This document shows positions 37,619 to 41,775 of a DNA stretch of 41,775 nucleotides, piece by piece. How positions within the stretch are numbered: position 1 is the stretch's first letter; every line of letters starts with the position of its first letter. This stretch comes from Tolypothrix carrinoi HA7290-LM1 (GTDB lineage Bacteria > Cyanobacteriota > Cyanobacteriia > Cyanobacteriales > Nostocaceae): contig JAHHIK010000072.1 in assembly GCA_019358935.1 (NCBI GenBank), forward strand, positions 1-41,775, given 5' to 3'. A program made the position numbers and the translations under genes. The notes under the pieces were generated by a model, which was given only the letters and a program-made list of their open reading frames with translations, had not been told where the DNA came from and ran no database searches.

Positions 37619-39492
37619 TATTCCTTAAATAAATCCTCTGCACCCACACTTACCACATCCGCAGTTGATGCATTTACCTTAGCGTTTCCACTATCTTCAT
37701 CAATGGCATCTTCAGGAATTTGTCCTGATGGATCGCTGAGAATTTCACGGATTAAATAATTATCTATTGCTATCCGCTTTTGCACAATGAAATCCATGAT
37801 TTCCTCTTCCTTTAACTCATAATCTTCACGAGCTTGCAAAACAAACAGAATGGATAAAAGTGGTTTGATATCTCCACTTTTCAATAATACCCATTCTCCA
37901 CCAAGTTGCGGTGACAACAGTTGACTCAAATACTGTTTTGCTTTAGCAGCATTTTTGCTAACTTGCTTAGAACGAATTAAGCAACCACGAGTTAAATCAA
38001 ACTTTTTGTAGTCGATTAAACGGCTCAATGTCGCCTGAACAATCCTCCCGCCAGATTCTTGTAGAATAGCCACACCAATCTTGACAGGTTTTCCATTTTC
38101 TTTACCAACAATTTTAAAGTCAAGATAGCCTTTGTCTGCTGCTTTTGTTTTAACTTCTGTAATTTCTTCAATTTGTACTTGCTCTACAGTTTGACCAATT
38201 AGTGTAGAAAACCCTAACCTAAGGGCTTCAGCAAGTGTGGCTTTATCCTCCATGTAATCATCTATAGTGTTTTCAAGGGCTGCAAGTTCCTTGTCGTAAA
38301 CAGATTCTACTGGATGTTTTTGCGTTATTGTCAGTTCTGAATCGGTGGGAGCTTTAAAGTTGTCTGCACACCATTTCAAAACTTTTCTGACAATTGGTCT
38401 TTCTTTACCCAGTTCTTTTAGTTTTTCTGCATCAAAGGGATATACTGAATGCGGCGGTGTTAATCCCTTTTCGTCATAAAATTCTTTTAACCACTGAGCA
38501 ACTAAAGTTATAACATCCTCGGAATTGAGATATTTTAATTCGAGAATTTTCTCACCAATTCTATCTACAACTGCTTCAGCATAAGACAATGCTTTTACTT
38601 GGTGAACCCAGGTTTCAGCATACATAGCTGTTAACAAAACACCACTTTTAATGCTGTTATATAAGTCTTTAGCTAAACCAGCAGAAACTTGTGCTTTGGT
38701 AAATCCTGCATCACTACATTCAGGGACATCCAATTCATCAAAACAAACTATTATTGGTTTATAACCACCAATTAAGTCAAGAATTTGACGAACTGTGGAG
38801 AAAGATTCCGCTTCTTTATCTTGAGTACTAAGGTTGGCTAAACCCATTGTATCAGCTTTTGATTGGGGTAAGTTTCTGCCAGACAGCCAGTTGATAGCAA
38901 AGGTTTCATAACCAGGATCGGGAGAAAGCGTCCAGAGAATCGCTGTAAGAATGTCAGGATTTTCAATGTCAGGCTTAATTGCAAGTACTTTATCCCTCAA
39001 CACATCAACAACTTTGGGATTTTTAGCCAAGGCTCCCGGAAACTGATTTACTAGTTGCTGAGGTGTGAAGTTTTTGTCATAAGCTTCATTGACTAAAGCA
39101 GCTGCTAATTCTCGCCACTGACTTACACCTTTGCTACCAATTTGTTTAAGGCTAATTGCTAAAGTTTTTAAGAATTCAGTTTTAATTCGGTTTAAATCTC
39201 CACACTCACTCATGTAGACAAACAAGGCACTTCCATCAGCTTGAACGTGGTGGCGAATTCTACTGATGAGGTGGCTTTTACCTAACCCTTTTTCAGCGGT
39301 GATTGTGATACCAACGACTTGCCGCTTTTTGGTGCGAACTTTCTCAATTGCTTCAAAAACAGCGTCCGAAGCATGAGCATTTAAAGAAGGAACATCGGGA
39401 AAACCTTTTCCCCAAATATCTTGGCTTCTAACTACTAAAGGTCTGTCAAATGGGTTATGGTTTTTGATGGCATTAATTAGGTCATTCGTCAT
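37618..39492 (-). CDS. P-loop (AAA+/Orc-Cdc6-like) ATPase
   Basis: NPF N-terminal motif, Walker A AEKGLGKS, Walker B IVCFDELD, AVVDRI arginine finger, YPF; stop overlaps the downstream ATG (TAATG). Confidence 0.88.
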   Translation of the reverse strand: MTNDLINAIKNHNPFDRPLVVRSQDIWGKGFPDVPSLNAHASDAVFEAIEKVRTKKRQVVGITITAEKGLGKSHLISRIRHHVQADGSALFVYMSECGDLNRIKTEFLKTLAISLKQIGSKGVSQWRELAAALVNEAYDKNFTPQQLVNQFPGALAKNPKVVDVLRDKVLAIKPDIENPDILTAILWTLSPDPGYETFAINWLSGRNLPQSKADTMGLANLSTQDKEAESFSTVRQILDLIGGYKPIIVCFDELDVPECSDAGFTKAQVSAGLAKDLYNSIKSGVLLTAMYAETWVHQVKALSYAEAVVDRIGEKILELKYLNSEDVITLVAQWLKEFYDEKGLTPPHSVYPFDAEKLKELGKERPIVRKVLKWCADNFKAPTDSELTITQKHPVESVYDKELAALENTIDDYMEDKATLAEALRLGFSTLIGQTVEQVQIEEITEVKTKAADKGYLDFKIVGKENGKPVKIGVAILQESGGRIVQATLSRLIDYKKFDLTRGCLIRSKQVSKNAAKAKQYLSQLLSPQLGGEWVLLKSGDIKPLLSILFVLQAREDYELKEEEIMDFIVQKRIAIDNYLIREILSDPSGQIPEDAIDEDSGNAKVNASTADVVSVGAEDLFKE

Positions 39493-39556
39493 GGATTTGG
39501 TGTAAATGTGTGTACGAGGAGCAAACAGAAAATTAGCAAAAATTATACAAATGGGT

Positions 39557-40222
39557 TTATGAGTTTAAACGCTTGGCATAGCAGCGTAATCCACTCACTT
39601 CGGTTGTAATTGAATCTTCAATTTTGGCTGGATCGCTGTCTGGCAAACTACCACCTTGTAGTTGCAAAATGTCCTTTTCTTGCATTTCCAACAGCCACTC
39701 ATTGAAATGTTCACGACTGGTGCGATCGCCTATTTCTCTCCTAATTCGATATATCGGCACTAAATCATTCAGGTTATAATCCCGATTCAGCTTGTCGTAT
39801 ACTTCTAGCGTGACTTTCTCAAACTCGTCGTAAGATTTAATTCCACTCTTTACCCGATCGACTGGTACATTTGCACCAGAAGCACCATCCATTTCACCAA
39901 TCCACCTTACCAACGCATTCGCTGCCCAAGTTCCGACAATAGTGCCTTCAAATTTAAAATCAGCACTTTTCAAACCTTGACTCAGCACCTCTAAACCTTG
40001 AGGAGATTCGAGAGTGTAGCCTTTTTTGGAGATAGCGATCGCTCCTTTTTTCTCCAATTCCGCAAAAATGTCTTGAAAATCTGCTATCTTCTTGTCTTTA
40101 GATTTGATGCGATCGTGAAGTTTACCTTTGTTCACTTCCTGCTTTGCTCCTCCCAATTCCCATAAAGCAAGCAGTAGGCGAGTTTGAGCTTGATTTGTCA
40201 TATTTTGTAACTTTTGTGACAC
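39557..40222 (-). CDS. Hypothetical protein with two winged-helix-like domains
   Basis: RLLLALWELGG..FAELEKKGAI..YTL..GLEVL and LVPIYRIRREIG..FNEWLLEMQEKDILQL; first gene of the operon; start may be ATG at 40201. Confidence 0.75.
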   Translation of the reverse strand: MSQKLQNMTNQAQTRLLLALWELGGAKQEVNKGKLHDRIKSKDKKIADFQDIFAELEKKGAIAISKKGYTLESPQGLEVLSQGLKSADFKFEGTIVGTWAANALVRWIGEMDGASGANVPVDRVKSGIKSYDEFEKVTLEVYDKLNRDYNLNDLVPIYRIRREIGDRTSREHFNEWLLEMQEKDILQLQGGSLPDSDPAKIEDSITTEVSGLRCYAKRLNS

Positions 40223-40613
40223 TGTATAAATAATAATCTTTACCAGTATAGTTCTGGCTAAAATCTTTTAACTTTTGGAAAAATACTGAAAAATCTCAAG
40301 ATTGATGAAATTTACGTAGGTGTATTGACACAAAGCGACAACAGCGAATTTTTTGCTTTATTAAACACAAGCAAATATACGAAAATATTTGTTACCAAAT
40401 TAACTACATATTTCTTTGGGATGAATACAAGTTCTCTCAAAGGCAGGATGAAATACTTGCAAAATTTCATCATCATTGCAATCAAACGGTGTAGCTGTGC
40501 TGTTGTAAATAAACGCTTAACGTTTCTTCCATCTGGGAAAAATAACAACAATTTCAACACTGTTTTTGTCACAACACCGCATTTAGATTTCCGCAGGGTG
40601 ATGAGGAAATAAG

Positions 40614-41114
40614 ATGAACACAATATACCCAGAGCGTAAAAGATTTTCGCGTCCATTGGCAATGTTGCTTTCGGCATTGTTAACTGTACCGCTTCTTAGT
40701 AGCTGCGGTGGTGGAGGTTCCCAAAATGCAGCGCCACCCCCACCTGTTGATGATACCGCTGGTAGAACAGTCAACAATTCCGCGCCAGGAAACCAACCTG
40801 AAGCTAAAAAAGGATTATCAACAGAGCAGAAAGTCGCGATAACTTTAGCCGGAGCTGCCGCACTTTACTACCTTTATAACCAGCGCAAAAATGCCCAAGG
40901 TAACGGACCAGAAGGCAAATATTACCTTTCTAAGAACGGACGTGTTTACTACCGCGATGCTCAAAATCGCGCTCACTGGGTAACACCACCTGCGGAAGGA
41001 ATTCAAGTTCCACAGTCGGAAGCGCAACAGTACCGAGACTTCCAAGGTTATAACGGACGTTCCACAGGTCGCACTTTAACAGACGTTGCTCCTCAAGAAG
41101 CTCCAGCATATTAG
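40614..41114 (+). CDS. Hypothetical lipoprotein
   Basis: GAGG RBS, basic N-terminus, hydrophobic core and lipobox LLSSC; YYLSKNGRVYYRD beta-domain. Confidence 0.8.
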   Translation: MNTIYPERKRFSRPLAMLLSALLTVPLLSSCGGGGSQNAAPPPPVDDTAGRTVNNSAPGNQPEAKKGLSTEQKVAITLAGAAALYYLYNQRKNAQGNGPEGKYYLSKNGRVYYRDAQNRAHWVTPPAEGIQVPQSEAQQYRDFQGYNGRSTGRTLTDVAPQEAPAY

Positions 41115-41172
41115 ATAGCCAGAAAAAGACAACAGCAATTAGCACCGCATCAATATAAAAAGGAGATAAATT

Positions 41173-41601
41173 ATGGTAGACGACTTTTTGCGAAAAGCGA
41201 AGGATCTGCTTGTTGGGTCGAACGACGAGCAATATGAGCAAGACACCGATTACCGCGATCGCGAGGTACGTCGATCCAGCGAAGATCCATACGGCGACCC
41301 CGCAGACCAGTACGGTAACGCTATCCCCGCAAGCCAAGACCCCTACGGCGACCCCGCAGACCAATATTACGGCGACGCTATCCCCGCAAGCCAAGACCCC
41401 TACGGCGACCCCGCAGACCAGTATTACGGTAACGCTATCCCCGCAAGCCAAGACCCCTACGGCGACCCCGCAGACCAATATTACGGCGACGCTATCCCCG
41501 CAAGCCAAGACCCCTACGGCGACCCCGCAGACCAATACGGTGATATCCGCCCAGCTAGCGAAGACCCCTACGGCGACCCCGCAGACGAGTATAATCGCTA
41601 A
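41173..41601 (+). CDS. Acidic repeat protein with six DPYGDPAD units
   Basis: AGGAG RBS; 54-57-nt tandem units with synonymous third-position variation, which supports this frame. Confidence 0.82.
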   Translation: MVDDFLRKAKDLLVGSNDEQYEQDTDYRDREVRRSSEDPYGDPADQYGNAIPASQDPYGDPADQYYGDAIPASQDPYGDPADQYYGNAIPASQDPYGDPADQYYGDAIPASQDPYGDPADQYGDIRPASEDPYGDPADEYNR

Positions 41602-41653
41602 CAAAGAGTAATCAGGAGTCAGAATTCAAGCAGGTAAGGTTTTTTACTAGAAA

Positions 41654-41775
41654 CTGACGGGAATTTGAAAGCCCCGGAAGAAGAGGTGCGTAGCACCGTA
41701 TTCTGTGCTTTAGACCGGGGATGAAAAACGACTCGGCAGGATTTATCCTGCTGTGGGTATTTCTTTTGGTTTAGG
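41654..41775. mobile_element. Probable end of an IS200/IS605-family element, continuing beyond the window
   Basis: CTGAC terminus, subterminal stem CCCCGG...CCGGGG, then ATGAAAAACGACTCGGC and hairpin GCAGGAT-TT-ATCCTGC; a minus-strand frame ends PKPKEIPTAG* at 41743. Confidence 0.5.

Noticed and set aside
37618..39492. Apparent lack of HIP1 sites in the ATPase gene as evidence of recent horizontal transfer
   Set aside because: The flanking operon genes contain HIP1, and other genes here (e.g. 139-1305) also appear to lack it, so the signal is too weak without statistics.
40312..40677. ORFs 40312-40677 (-) and 40325-40612 (+)
   Set aside because: AT-rich divergent promoter region with no recognisable motifs; the minus-strand ORF overlaps a better-supported gene.
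41281..41590. Possible CRISPR array
   Set aside because: The 54-57-nt units are in-frame coding repeats with near-identical intervening sequence.
40930..41611. Alternative-frame ORFs 40930-41604 (-) and 41210-41611 (+)
   Set aside because: Shadows of the repeat gene; only 41173-41601 has a good RBS and synonymous variation between units.

Overview
Chromosomal window from a filamentous, probably heterocyst-forming (Nostocales-type) cyanobacterium, judged from dense HIP1 (GCGATCGC) sites, 7- and 9-nt STRR tandem repeats and the natA-natC-pgi gene order. It holds about 30 real genes. Signalling: a PAS-Crp regulator, an RcaC-like response regulator, a single-domain receiver, a LysR, a Ser/Thr kinase and an MHYT-GAF-LOV chemoreceptor. 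Housekeeping: aspartoacylase, hspA, glutathionyl-hydroquinone reductase, an acyl-CoA dehydrogenase/cyclase fusion, aldehyde dehydrogenase, natC/natA, pgi and a cupin. Many MITE/REP/SDR-type small elements are present, some inserted in frame inside genes. The best candidate new systems are: (i) a minus-strand operon of winged-helix protein, P-loop ATPase and ASCH/DUF1802-like PD-(D/E)xK nuclease (36170-40222), a candidate modification-dependent defence system; (ii) next to it, a tandemly duplicated and diverged small protein plus retropepsin-like protease pair (34003-36270); (iii) a dynamin-like GTPase, Hsp70-like ATPase and GrpE-like triad (15977-22936); (iv) a chemoreceptor combining MHYT, a cyanobacteriochrome-type GAF and a LOV domain (8322-11018). 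Three decayed genes were also found: a 9-codon vapC stub and a PAS-domain relic, both missing from the ORF track, and a frameshifted Rpn-family gene. All domain calls come from motif recognition by eye; no database searches were run.
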